Source: an uncultured virus (IMG/VR IMGVR_UViG_3300024520_000070)
Taxonomy: Duplodnaviria; Heunggongvirae; Uroviricota; Caudoviricetes
DNA length: 64,000 nucleotides
Strand: one strand, 5' to 3'
IMG/VR virus record: IMGVR_UViG_3300024520_000070
The notes beneath the pieces are model-generated. The model ran no database searches. It saw nothing but the letters and a program-made list of their open reading frames with translations, and was not told the DNA's origin. Positions within the stretch are counted from its first letter, which is position 1. Each line of letters starts with the position of its first letter. This document shows, in pieces, positions 28,349 through 37,971 of this stretch. A program made the translations under genes and the position numbers.

Positions 28349-29818
28349 ATGGCTATAACAGATATTGATATTTCAGAAAAATTAATCGGAGACGCTCCAA
28401 GCATTAAATATGAAGGAGATATGAGGACAGATCGCTCTACCCCACCATGGGAAAGAGAGAATCCTTGGGACGAAGATCCAAAAGATCAAGTCATTGATGA
28501 AGAAACAACTATTAGAGTAGCTTCCGAGCCAAGTTGGGAAGACGAATGGGAACAGATTTACCAGAATTATAAAGCCAAACAAATTAAACTAGAACAAGAG
28601 TTTGTAACTAAAGACGAATTTATGGAGGACTATCAATATGCTTCAGGAGGCAGAGTTAATTTCGGTCTTGGAAGCCTATTTAAAAGTGTTGGTAAAGCAG
28701 CTAAGAAATTTGTTAAGAGTCCAATAGGTAAAGCAGCACTATTAGGTTTAGGAGCTTACGGTACTCACGCTGGTTGGTTCGGCCCTAAAAGTTGGCAGGG
28801 ATGGGGTAGCAAGATAGGACCAGCTTTATTTGGAACACCAGGAGGTATTGGTACTTCTGCTGGTATAGGAGGTTTAACAGGAGCAGGTCCATCAGCTTGG
28901 ACAGGAGCTCCATTAACAAAAGGTCTATTAGGTAAATGGGGATTAACTAAAGGCGCAGGCTCAATGATGCCAACAGCTTTAGGCTGGGGCACAGCAGCAG
29001 TAGCAGGAGGAATGGGTGCACAAATGTTTGAAAACATGCAACCAGATGACATAAAAGCTTTAAGAAATAATCCAGACGCTTTAAGAAATTATTTAAAAAT
29101 GTATCATACTAATACTCACCCTGACAAAACAGAAAAAGAAGTAGATATCTGGGTCGAGCAAAATATGTATTCAACTGGTGGCAGAGTTGGGTTGCGTGGC
29201 GGAGGCAGAGGACCGGATTGGTTTACTGTACGGGTTGACGAATTAATGGCTGGAGGTATGAGCGAAACAGCCGCTGCAAATCAAGCTCACGAAGAAGGAC
29301 CGGGTGGTCAAGGAACTAGAAGAGCTGAGGGCGGAAGAATTGAGTTTGGCATAGGAGACTGGGCAAAAAAGAGATTTCATGAATACACAGCAGAAGGAAG
29401 AGACGAATTTAAAGGAGAGTGGTTGAAGAAAAAAGATTTAGATATGAGTGTCCAGGAATGGAATGACTTACCTTTAAAAGAAAAAATAAAAATTAGAATG
29501 AGAGAAGGAAATGCGACAGGCGGAAGAACAGGCTTTGCGTTTGGTCCAGATCAAACGGCTGAAGCAGCAGGCATCATGGGTCAACTACCCGTTAGAAATA
29601 ATAGCGCAGGTGTTAAGGAATTAGATTTAAGAGATAGTGGTGGATTTATTCCACCAGTTGGGGTAAAAGAAAAGGCAGATGACATACCGGCTATGTTATC
29701 AAATAATGAATTTGTATTTACCGCTGATGCCGTTAAGGCAGCAGGTGGTGGAAGCGTTGAAAAGGGCGCACAAGTAATGTACGATCAAATGAAAAATTTA
29801 GAAAACAGGATAGCATAA
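28349..29818 (+). CDS. putative internal virion/ejection protein, modular, with 4 xxGGR motifs
   Basis: ASGGRV, STGGRV, AEGGRI, ATGGRT; C-terminal DDIPAMLSNNEFVFTADAV domain. Confidence 0.7.
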   Translation: MAITDIDISEKLIGDAPSIKYEGDMRTDRSTPPWERENPWDEDPKDQVIDEETTIRVASEPSWEDEWEQIYQNYKAKQIKLEQEFVTKDEFMEDYQYASGGRVNFGLGSLFKSVGKAAKKFVKSPIGKAALLGLGAYGTHAGWFGPKSWQGWGSKIGPALFGTPGGIGTSAGIGGLTGAGPSAWTGAPLTKGLLGKWGLTKGAGSMMPTALGWGTAAVAGGMGAQMFENMQPDDIKALRNNPDALRNYLKMYHTNTHPDKTEKEVDIWVEQNMYSTGGRVGLRGGGRGPDWFTVRVDELMAGGMSETAAANQAHEEGPGGQGTRRAEGGRIEFGIGDWAKKRFHEYTAEGRDEFKGEWLKKKDLDMSVQEWNDLPLKEKIKIRMREGNATGGRTGFAFGPDQTAEAAGIMGQLPVRNNSAGVKELDLRDSGGFIPPVGVKEKADDIPAMLSNNEFVFTADAVKAAGGGSVEKGAQVMYDQMKNLENRIA

Positions 29819-30657
29819 TGGCTGAAGTTCAACAGGTACAAACATTACCACCTCCATTTCTTGAAGCACCGGCTAAAGATTATTTAGGTGATTTAACAAG
29901 TGCAATTGGTGGAGCCAAAGGTATTGATCCATCTTCATTTATGGGCCGAGGCTTTGTAGCTGGCCAAGATCCCTTTACAACTCAAGCTTATGGATTATCA
30001 AGTGGACTAGGAAGTTACGCTCCTTATTTAACTAGTGGTCAATATTCAGCCGCAGCTTCTACAGGGCCACAAGCCTATCAAGCCTACACGTCCCCATATC
30101 AGGCAGACGTTATTAAAGCTACAATGGATCAATTCGATGCCCAGGCAGCTAAAGGTTTACCTTCATTAAAAGCACAGGCTTATGGTCAAGGTGCATTAGG
30201 TGGAGGAAGAGAAGGAGTTCAGGCAGCAGAGTACCAACAATCAAGTGACATGAATAGGGCAGCATTACTGGCCCAATTAAATCAAGCGGGTTATGGTGAA
30301 GCGCAAAAAGGAGCTCAAACAAATTTTGCTAATCAAATGAATCTAGCAACACTGTCTCCTCAACTAATGGGTTCAGAAATTGCAGGTCTAACTGCGATGG
30401 GTGGAGCAAGACAAGGTCAAGAACAAGCACTTCTTGGAGCAGATAAAAATTTAGCATATCAAAAAGCGTATCAACCATTACAAACAGCTGAAAGATATGG
30501 AACAGGAATTGCAAGTATGATTTCTGGATACCCAGGTTCAACTCAACAAACAGTTTCTCCTTCTCCAAGTGGACTAGGATCAGTTTTAGGAGCAGGTACA
30601 ACTCTAGCTGGTATCTATAGATTAATGGGAGCTGGTACAAAAGATTTTTTTAGTTAA
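29818..30657 (+). CDS. putative DNA ejection/pilot protein
   Basis: Gln/Ala/Gly-rich; SPYQADVI, GALGGGREGV; hydrophobic Gly-rich C-terminus. Confidence 0.65.
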   Translation: MAEVQQVQTLPPPFLEAPAKDYLGDLTSAIGGAKGIDPSSFMGRGFVAGQDPFTTQAYGLSSGLGSYAPYLTSGQYSAAASTGPQAYQAYTSPYQADVIKATMDQFDAQAAKGLPSLKAQAYGQGALGGGREGVQAAEYQQSSDMNRAALLAQLNQAGYGEAQKGAQTNFANQMNLATLSPQLMGSEIAGLTAMGGARQGQEQALLGADKNLAYQKAYQPLQTAERYGTGIASMISGYPGSTQQTVSPSPSGLGSVLGAGTTLAGIYRLMGAGTKDFFS

Positions 30658-30661
30658 AAAT

Positions 30662-31516
30662 ATGAGTAATACATTTAGAAGACCTATGTTTCGCAGAGGT
30701 GGAGAAGTCATGACTGGTATTATGAACAACGTTACACCCAGAGTAAATCATTCTACCGGAACAGATTACACACAACGATTAAGGGACGCAGCAGGTGATT
30801 ATGGTGGAGTCGATCCTTTAACTGCATGGTTATTAAGAGCTGGCCCAGCGATGATGAATGAGCCTAAGAGAGGTGGAACTCTGGCTACTTTAGCTAGAGC
30901 AACTGGTCCCGCAACTGAACAAGCTTTAGGAGATATAAATACAAGAGCAAAAGGTGACAGAGATATAAGATTAGCTGGTGCACAAATGGGATTAAAAAGC
31001 GAGGATGAAATAGCCTTAGCTCAACTGAATGCAGACAACAGAGAAAGATTAGAACAAATGGGAATTGACGCTGGTAAATATGACGATCGACAAGGCAACG
31101 TTTTAAAAAATGTTGTATTAGATAAACTTCTTAAGAATGATATGCCTGTTAAGATAGCAGATCATGCAGCAGACTGGACTATAGAAAATGAAGCTGCTCT
31201 TATTAACAAATCTGGAGGGCGTTATGGTGGAGTATTAGAATTTGATATGAAAAGTATTGGGCTTGATAAGACACTAGATAAATCTAATCTTAAAGTCTTA
31301 AAAAGTTTAAATGGTAAAATAGTTTATGATCCTTTCTCTCAAACATACAAAATGATTGAATGGAAAGATGGTAAACCAGGAGTTAAATTTGAATGGAATA
31401 CTATTGACGAAATATCAATACCAATTGCTCCAGAGCCTGTGAAAGAAGTAGGTAAATATGATATTAGCGAAGACATTTTTAAAACGGGTATTGGCCAACA
31501 GATGCTTACACCCTAG
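30662..31516 (+). CDS. putative internal virion protein
   Basis: Begins MSNTFRRPMFRRGG; lies within the ejectosome cluster. Confidence 0.6.
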   Translation: MSNTFRRPMFRRGGEVMTGIMNNVTPRVNHSTGTDYTQRLRDAAGDYGGVDPLTAWLLRAGPAMMNEPKRGGTLATLARATGPATEQALGDINTRAKGDRDIRLAGAQMGLKSEDEIALAQLNADNRERLEQMGIDAGKYDDRQGNVLKNVVLDKLLKNDMPVKIADHAADWTIENEAALINKSGGRYGGVLEFDMKSIGLDKTLDKSNLKVLKSLNGKIVYDPFSQTYKMIEWKDGKPGVKFEWNTIDEISIPIAPEPVKEVGKYDISEDIFKTGIGQQMLTP

Positions 31517-31526
31517 GGGCATTTAA

Positions 31527-34500
31527 ATGGCAGAAACAAATGAATATTTTCCCTTACTAGACGCCGAATTAGGTAATGAAGTAAGCTGGTATAAAGCCGG
31601 CGCAGCTGGAGTTGCGTCTGGTATTCTTAAAGTCCCTGAAGGAGTTTTTTCCTTAGCAGCAGAATTAATAGATCTAGGAGCTGATACAGATACAGCTGCA
31701 TCGGTAGAAGCATTCTTTGATAAACTAAATCCCTTTGAAGAGATAGCCGAGCAACATGGCGCAGGTAAACTAGCAGAAGCTTTAGTTTCTATTGGTGTAC
31801 CAGGAGCCTATGGTTTTAAATTAGGAAGTAAATTAGCAGGTACGTATATGGAGGCCAGAAAAGCTGGCAAACTTATGCAACTTGGAAAAAACAAAGCCAG
31901 TGCAGACTGGTTTAAAAAAGGAGAGCTGGCTAAGGAATTAAATGAACAAGCGGGTTATGCAAAATTTGCTGCAGGTACATTAGGGGGTGCGGCTGGGGAA
32001 ACTTTTGTTGCAGACGTAGAAAAGATAGGAAGCTTTGGAGATTTATTTGATAAAGGACCTACTCAATTAGACACCTGGGAAACCGAGGGAAGAGAAGACG
32101 CTGCAAGAAAATTAATGAATAGAATTAAATTTGGTAGTGAGTCTTTGCTTCTAACTCCTTTCGTAGGAGGGGCTGGTAAAACTATTAAAGCTCTGGGTTC
32201 CAGAGGAAAGGATTGGGCTTATAGTGATTCACGATGGGCTCGGTGGGCCAACAAGTATATCATCGAACCTTTAACACCTGAAGGACCTTTAACCAAAGAA
32301 GTATTTGGTTCTCAACGGGTAATGGAAGGGTTCAGAGCATCGGATACTAACAGAGCCACTGAATTAATTAAAAATCTTACACGAACTATAGATAAATCTT
32401 TTCCCCAAATGCAAAAAGTTTTAGACAAGACTTTAAGCCCCAAAGAAAAGAGCGCTTTTCTGAGTGAGGTTAATGAAATGATATTTGATGGAGACATGAC
32501 TCAAGTCTTTAATAATAAAAAGATAAAAGATTTTACAGCAACCTTGAGAAATAAAGGAATAAATAAAGAGACAACAAATGAAATTATAAATGTATTAACA
32601 GATGCAAGAACAGAGTTTGCTACTTTACTTGGTACAGTTGGAAAATACGAAGGACAAAAAGAGTTGGTAACAATTTTAAAAGAAAGAATTAAAAACTATA
32701 CCGGTAATACTTATAAGATTTTTGAAGATGCCCCTATCCTTGGATTCTTTGGTAGATATAAACCTACAGATGAAGTTAAGGGAGCCGCTGCTAATTTTTT
32801 TAAAAATTTAATAAGAAGAGAGAATCCAAAAATCGCTGCTAGCACAGCAGAACAAGAGTCCAGACAATTGGTGAATAGAATTTTAGAGGACGGTGTCAAG
32901 GTAAGAAAGTCAAGTGCATCTTTACCTGACCCTAGTTATATTAAAAAAACTGTAGAAGACTTAGGTTATGAAAAGTTTTATGATGATTTAGTTGATGGTA
33001 CAGGCGCCCCTATTAAACAAATCAAAAATCTTTTAGGAGAAATAAAGGATCCTAAATATTCTATCTTCAATGCGATTACTGAGTTATCAGGGATGGCTAG
33101 AATGAGTTCTATGTTAGATGAGATGAGAATAACTAATGAGCAGATTAAAAAACTTGATCCTAGTAAAGGTTCTTTTTGGGGAAGTAAAAATGAAGCTCTC
33201 AAAGCTACCAATGGAGTAGTTGATGTGGTTAAAGTAGATCAACTAATGGGTAAGCTAACAAAATTTAAGGGAGGAAATATAGTAAATCCTTTGGCAGATA
33301 TGTGGACCACAAAACCTATGGCTGAAGCATTAGCTAGAGCCAATCATCTTACAGAAGGATTCTTAACTCAAGCAGTTAGAGGAAGAGCAGGTGCTGCCGC
33401 TCCTGAGCAAACAGTATCTTGGATGTATAGAAATTTAGTTTTGTTACCCAAAGCCACAGCACAATTAGCTAAGACTGTTTTTTCACTTCCAACACACTTA
33501 CGTAACTTCTTAAGTGCTGGTGCATTTGCTGCAGCCAATGGAGTTTTATTTGAAGGATTAATAAATCCTAAACTATTGGGTCAATCTTTTAGAAAGGGAT
33601 GGCAGATATCTGGGGTAACAAATATAAAAAATACTAGATTTAAAAGTAAGGAATTTGAAAAAGCGTATAGAGAATTACTAGAACTAGGAATCGTAAACTC
33701 CCAAGTTCAAATAGGAGACTTAAGAAATCTTTTAAGAGACGTTAAGTTTGGAGATAAGATTACAGATGTAGATGCAGTGATGAGACCCATGCTAGCAAAG
33801 ATTAAAAAAATCCCTGAATATTTACAGGGTAAGTATGTAGCTGAAGATGATTTCTGGAAAATAACAAATTACTTTGTAGAATTAAATAGAAGAGATCAAG
33901 CTTATAGAGCCAAAGGAATAATCAAAACAGCTAAAGAATTAAAAGAAGGGGCTGCTTCTGTTGTTAGAAACACAGTACCAAATTATTCATACGTAGGGGA
34001 GTATGTAAAAACAGCTCGACTACTTCCGGTTGGTAACTTTATGTCGTTCCCATCAGAGATGATTAGAACTACAACTAATATTGCTGATACAGCAGTCACA
34101 GAAATGAGACACTCAAGACCCACTATTGGTACCGATCTTGCGCCGATGGTTTGGGACAAGGAATTAGGAAGACTGGTTGCTAATGATAATCCTTTATGGA
34201 GAATCGGAGCCCAGAGAGTAGCGGGCATGGCATTTACTTTAGCCGCTGTTCCGACAGGAATGGTTGAAGGAGCCAAGGCTTTATATAATGTAACTGAAGA
34301 TGAAATTAATGCGTTAAGACAATTCGTTCCTGACTGGTCTAAGAATTCTACTCTTATTCCAATTCGAGATGAAGAAACAGGAGACTTAAAATATATAGAT
34401 TTCAGTCACTCGAATGCTTACGATTTAATTGTCAGACCTTTTAGAACTTTTGCAAATGAGATAGCAGCAAGTACTAAAGACGGTGATACAATTTTAAAAG

Positions 34501-35504
34501 GGTTTGCAGCGGGAGCTGAAGATGCTGTAACTGAATTGGTTGCTCCTTTTATTGATGAATCTATTTGGACAGAAGCTGCAGCAGATGTAAACTTTAGTAT
34601 TTTACCAGGGAGAGGTGGAAGAACTAGAGATGGTAGAACTTTATATACCGATCAAACTCCTTTGGGAGATAAGCTAGCTATTAAAATGAGACACTTATGG
34701 AAAGCTCTAGAGCCAGGAGGATTTAGTCAGTATGGAAGAATAATTAATGCCGCTAATCAAACACCAGGTAAGACTGGAGAGATGTATGAATTAGATGATC
34801 AAATGTTAGGGCTTATAGGGTTTAGACCTATTACAGTTGATCCCTTAAGATCAATGGGTTTTAAAATTGCTGAATACCAAAGAGGAATAAGAGAAGCGAG
34901 AAGAGAATTCACAGGAGGTTATTTTGGATTATTAAAAGGAGGTCCCATTGACCCCAATGATGTTATTAAAAAATTTTATGCATCTAACAAAGCAAGATAT
35001 GAAGTTCAAAAAGAAATGTTTAAAAACATTAATGCCGCAGAAACATTAGGGGAGAGTACTCCTACATTAAGAAAAGAATTTGAAGACAGACAACTTACTT
35101 CTACAACTTTTGCAAATTTAAAGAGAGGTAAGTTTGAACCCTATTATCCTTCTCAAGATATTAGAGACAGATTTAAAGAGATTGCTAACGAGTTAGGTGA
35201 TGCCGACATGTTTAAAATGGTTGCCCCTCTTCTAAGAAATATGTATCGAGCTATGAGAACTCAATCTTTATCTGATTTTTTTGATTTAAATCTTCCAGAT
35301 TTTTTACTAGAAGATATTGTTACACCACCACTACCTCAAACAGTTACTTCAGCTATGCCTAATAAAGAGACAATTACGCAAGGCCAAGCCCTGCAGGGAG
35401 CTCAAGCTAATTTATTACAAAGTGGATTGACCCCAACAGAAGAAGCTTACTTAACAAATGAAGAAAAATTAATGAGACGAAAACACAGAGGAGTCATAAC
35501 CTAA
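31527..35504 (+). CDS. large internal virion/ejection protein
   Basis: 1325 aa, helical; last large gene of the virion module, as in podoviruses. Confidence 0.65.
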   Translation: MAETNEYFPLLDAELGNEVSWYKAGAAGVASGILKVPEGVFSLAAELIDLGADTDTAASVEAFFDKLNPFEEIAEQHGAGKLAEALVSIGVPGAYGFKLGSKLAGTYMEARKAGKLMQLGKNKASADWFKKGELAKELNEQAGYAKFAAGTLGGAAGETFVADVEKIGSFGDLFDKGPTQLDTWETEGREDAARKLMNRIKFGSESLLLTPFVGGAGKTIKALGSRGKDWAYSDSRWARWANKYIIEPLTPEGPLTKEVFGSQRVMEGFRASDTNRATELIKNLTRTIDKSFPQMQKVLDKTLSPKEKSAFLSEVNEMIFDGDMTQVFNNKKIKDFTATLRNKGINKETTNEIINVLTDARTEFATLLGTVGKYEGQKELVTILKERIKNYTGNTYKIFEDAPILGFFGRYKPTDEVKGAAANFFKNLIRRENPKIAASTAEQESRQLVNRILEDGVKVRKSSASLPDPSYIKKTVEDLGYEKFYDDLVDGTGAPIKQIKNLLGEIKDPKYSIFNAITELSGMARMSSMLDEMRITNEQIKKLDPSKGSFWGSKNEALKATNGVVDVVKVDQLMGKLTKFKGGNIVNPLADMWTTKPMAEALARANHLTEGFLTQAVRGRAGAAAPEQTVSWMYRNLVLLPKATAQLAKTVFSLPTHLRNFLSAGAFAAANGVLFEGLINPKLLGQSFRKGWQISGVTNIKNTRFKSKEFEKAYRELLELGIVNSQVQIGDLRNLLRDVKFGDKITDVDAVMRPMLAKIKKIPEYLQGKYVAEDDFWKITNYFVELNRRDQAYRAKGIIKTAKELKEGAASVVRNTVPNYSYVGEYVKTARLLPVGNFMSFPSEMIRTTTNIADTAVTEMRHSRPTIGTDLAPMVWDKELGRLVANDNPLWRIGAQRVAGMAFTLAAVPTGMVEGAKALYNVTEDEINALRQFVPDWSKNSTLIPIRDEETGDLKYIDFSHSNAYDLIVRPFRTFANEIAASTKDGDTILKGFAAGAEDAVTELVAPFIDESIWTEAAADVNFSILPGRGGRTRDGRTLYTDQTPLGDKLAIKMRHLWKALEPGGFSQYGRIINAANQTPGKTGEMYELDDQMLGLIGFRPITVDPLRSMGFKIAEYQRGIREARREFTGGYFGLLKGGPIDPNDVIKKFYASNKARYEVQKEMFKNINAAETLGESTPTLRKEFEDRQLTSTTFANLKRGKFEPYYPSQDIRDRFKEIANELGDADMFKMVAPLLRNMYRAMRTQSLSDFFDLNLPDFLLEDIVTPPLPQTVTSAMPNKETITQGQALQGAQANLLQSGLTPTEEAYLTNEEKLMRRKHRGVIT

Positions 35505-35698
35505 TGGCACTGCAACCAAAAAATAATCGCGAGCATGTACTCGCTCTCTACGGACATATCAAAGGGCATAAAAGAGATTTACATCATATGCACGAAACGA
35601 TACACGAATTGGGTGGCAAGATAGACAGGGTCTATTGGGTATTACTGCTTACGGTGGGGGCCGTGGCTTTTGAACTATTGAATAAATACGTTTTCTAG
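35504..35698 (+). CDS. small coiled-coil protein with a C-terminal TM helix
   Basis: TAATG coupling; KIDRVYWVLLLTVGAVAF. Confidence 0.6.
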   Translation: MALQPKNNREHVLALYGHIKGHKRDLHHMHETIHELGGKIDRVYWVLLLTVGAVAFELLNKYVF

Positions 35699-35714
35699 AT
35701 AGTGTATAGAAAGA

Positions 35715-36236
35715 ATGATAGAAATATACGACGAGGTAGTTCCCTTACGAATTAGGAATTACATATATAACTTTGCAGTTAATTCTAACTACCGCATAGT
35801 TGGTTGGAATGATAGTGATGATTTAGAGTTAAGATCTAAACATGATTTTCATTCTCCTTGGACTCTCCAAGATTTAAAGGACAGTAAGATTGTTCCTTAC
35901 CTAGAAAAAGTTTTAAAGAAATCTAAATTTGATCTTACCATGGCTGACTTCTTTAAATGTACTATCAATGCTGTTAAGCCTGGAGATTATTATTATACTC
36001 ACACCCATTTAGATGGAGTCATATCTATTCTCTACTATATTAATCTAGAGTGGCGTCACAATTGGGCCGGCGAAACTATTTTTTATAAAGAAAATATGAG
36101 AGAGGTAGACTTTACTTCTCCTTATATCCCAGGAAGATTTATATTATTTGATAATGAACCCCATACTATAAGACCCCAGGCAGTTATTGGTCCTGCTTTC
36201 AGATTCACAATGGCTTTATTTTTTAAGAAAGCTTAA
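35715..36236 (+). CDS. Fe(II)/2OG-dependent oxygenase
   Basis: HTH, LYYINLEW...WAGETIFY, PGRFILFD..PHTIRP, RFT. Confidence 0.85.
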   Translation: MIEIYDEVVPLRIRNYIYNFAVNSNYRIVGWNDSDDLELRSKHDFHSPWTLQDLKDSKIVPYLEKVLKKSKFDLTMADFFKCTINAVKPGDYYYTHTHLDGVISILYYINLEWRHNWAGETIFYKENMREVDFTSPYIPGRFILFDNEPHTIRPQAVIGPAFRFTMALFFKKA

Positions 36237-36765
36237 CATCAAACCCAACTATTCTTTTAGGTTTAGATAAGAGATTAGGTTCCGTATAATGAAGTAGCAT
36301 ACTAGGCACGAGCACTAGCTGTCCTTCTTCTACCTTCGGAGGACTTAATAATGTTTCATCTGTAATCCAATTGTTCCAAGGACATACAAAAATAGTCTGT
36401 GGATGTCTAGGTTCATAATCTAAATAAATAATACCACTCAGACCTACGGACCCATGATTATGTACAGGATGATAAGTATTTTTAGGATAAGACACAGACC
36501 ACACTGAAGTGACAGCCACATTTTTTTGAACAGCCTTCGCTACTTCTTTTAATTCTTCTTCTAGAATTAAAATAAAGTGTTCAATTAACATTCTTCCACC
36601 ATCGTCTTCACACGCAGCGCGGTTAGTTAAAAAATTTCCAAACGGATTTGGTTTCTCAGGATACTCTCCTAATAAGTCTGTAAGTTGTTCCTTTTTCTTT
36701 TTAAAATCCTTAATGTTTAAACTCCATTTAGGGAGATGAAACATTGGTTCCCATTCTATATTCAT
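36223..36765 (-). CDS. Fe(II)/2OG-dependent oxygenase
   Basis: WSVSY..HPVHNHG, EGQLVLVPSMLLHYT, KRIVGFD. Confidence 0.85.
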   Translation of the reverse strand: MNIEWEPMFHLPKWSLNIKDFKKKKEQLTDLLGEYPEKPNPFGNFLTNRAACEDDGGRMLIEHFILILEEELKEVAKAVQKNVAVTSVWSVSYPKNTYHPVHNHGSVGLSGIIYLDYEPRHPQTIFVCPWNNWITDETLLSPPKVEEGQLVLVPSMLLHYTEPNLLSKPKRIVGFDVKLS

Positions 36766-37289
36766 CTAAATGTAATAACTAGTATTACCCTTTCTTTTTG
36801 TTTTGGAAAAATCATTCTATGTTTAACTCTAGTAAAACACACACCTTTGTACTTTGCAGGTTTAATGTTTATAGTTTTATTGTTTTCTTTTAACACAGTA
36901 AAACTGTCTTTATCACAATCGTTAAGATATACAACAAGCTGCCAATGAGGAAAGTCATGATCCGTATGCCAACCACAAGTTTTTTTACCGTTAGGATAAC
37001 AAAAATTAAAAGAAGCTCTTATTATTTCTTTATATGTTATGTTATTTTTTCTAGTAAAATTATTTAAGATGTCTACTACGTCTTTATAATAAGGAGAATT
37101 AATTTTAGGGTCTGTTTTTTTTCTAACCTCCGGTCTGTTAATTACACTGTGAGATAAAAAAGGATCATCTTTAACACCACTGTCGGTAGATTTACGATAA
37201 TAAAAAGGAAAACAATCACTGAACACATGTTTTATAAATTTCTTATTTGTTTTAGATAAAAAGTTTTTGTCTTCTATAATTTTAAGCAT
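36762..37289 (-). CDS. Fe(II)/2OG-dependent oxygenase
   Basis: FPFYY, WHTDH, VYLND, KHRM..P...RVILVITF. Confidence 0.8.
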   Translation of the reverse strand: MLKIIEDKNFLSKTNKKFIKHVFSDCFPFYYRKSTDSGVKDDPFLSHSVINRPEVRKKTDPKINSPYYKDVVDILNNFTRKNNITYKEIIRASFNFCYPNGKKTCGWHTDHDFPHWQLVVYLNDCDKDSFTVLKENNKTINIKPAKYKGVCFTRVKHRMIFPKQKERVILVITFR

Positions 37290-37290
37290 C

Positions 37291-37935
37291 TCATTTTTTA
37301 ATATCTACATTTATAACTACGGTTATTCTATTCTTTTTTTTAGACTGCTGCGACTCTATGCAATGACGCATAACTCCAGGGACCAAACAAAAATCATCTT
37401 CATCAGAATCCATTTTCCAATCTCTATAAGCCCATGAATTTACATTATGATTGGGGGCTAGAGTAGCAAGTAGGTCAGGTCTAAGTGTGAGCATATAATT
37501 TGCATGAGGTGAACTGTTTTCAAAAAGAGTTGGACTGTGATTAACTTTATCAAATTGTAAATAGTGGACCGCACTAAAGTCACACCCTGGATGGTCATGA
37601 GAGGCCATGTAATTGGAACTATCTAAACAAGTATAGTTAACTATTTGAAAGGTATATTCTATAGGTTTACTGAAAGACATTTGATCTACAATTTCTTGAA
37701 TTACTTTTTTATAGACAGGGAGAAGAGTAGAAAAATTTACCTTCTTGTATGTAGGATTGGACCAGTCATTATATGAATGGTGCATGACACTCTGCTTGTC
37801 CCACTTATTTCTTTGGTTGTTTATTTTAAAATTTTGTTCAATGGTAGAAATTATTTTTTTTCTCTCATAGAGGCTTTTTGAGATTTTAGTGGTAAAAACC
37901 GGGAAACCAAAAATTAGAGTTTTATCCATTTTCAT
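37291..37935 (-). CDS. Fe(II)/2OG-dependent oxygenase
   Basis: IFGFPVF, SHDH..FSAVHY, PGVMRHCI, RITVVIN. Confidence 0.8.
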   Translation of the reverse strand: MKMDKTLIFGFPVFTTKISKSLYERKKIISTIEQNFKINNQRNKWDKQSVMHHSYNDWSNPTYKKVNFSTLLPVYKKVIQEIVDQMSFSKPIEYTFQIVNYTCLDSSNYMASHDHPGCDFSAVHYLQFDKVNHSPTLFENSSPHANYMLTLRPDLLATLAPNHNVNSWAYRDWKMDSDEDDFCLVPGVMRHCIESQQSKKKNRITVVINVDIKK

Positions 37936-37971
37936 AAATCATAGCGCCTCGCGCATATATCCTATATTTTC

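Noticed and set aside
32312..34276. Minus-strand ORFs inside the 1325-aa gene (and similar antisense ORFs elsewhere)
   Set aside because: Antisense shadows of coding sequence.
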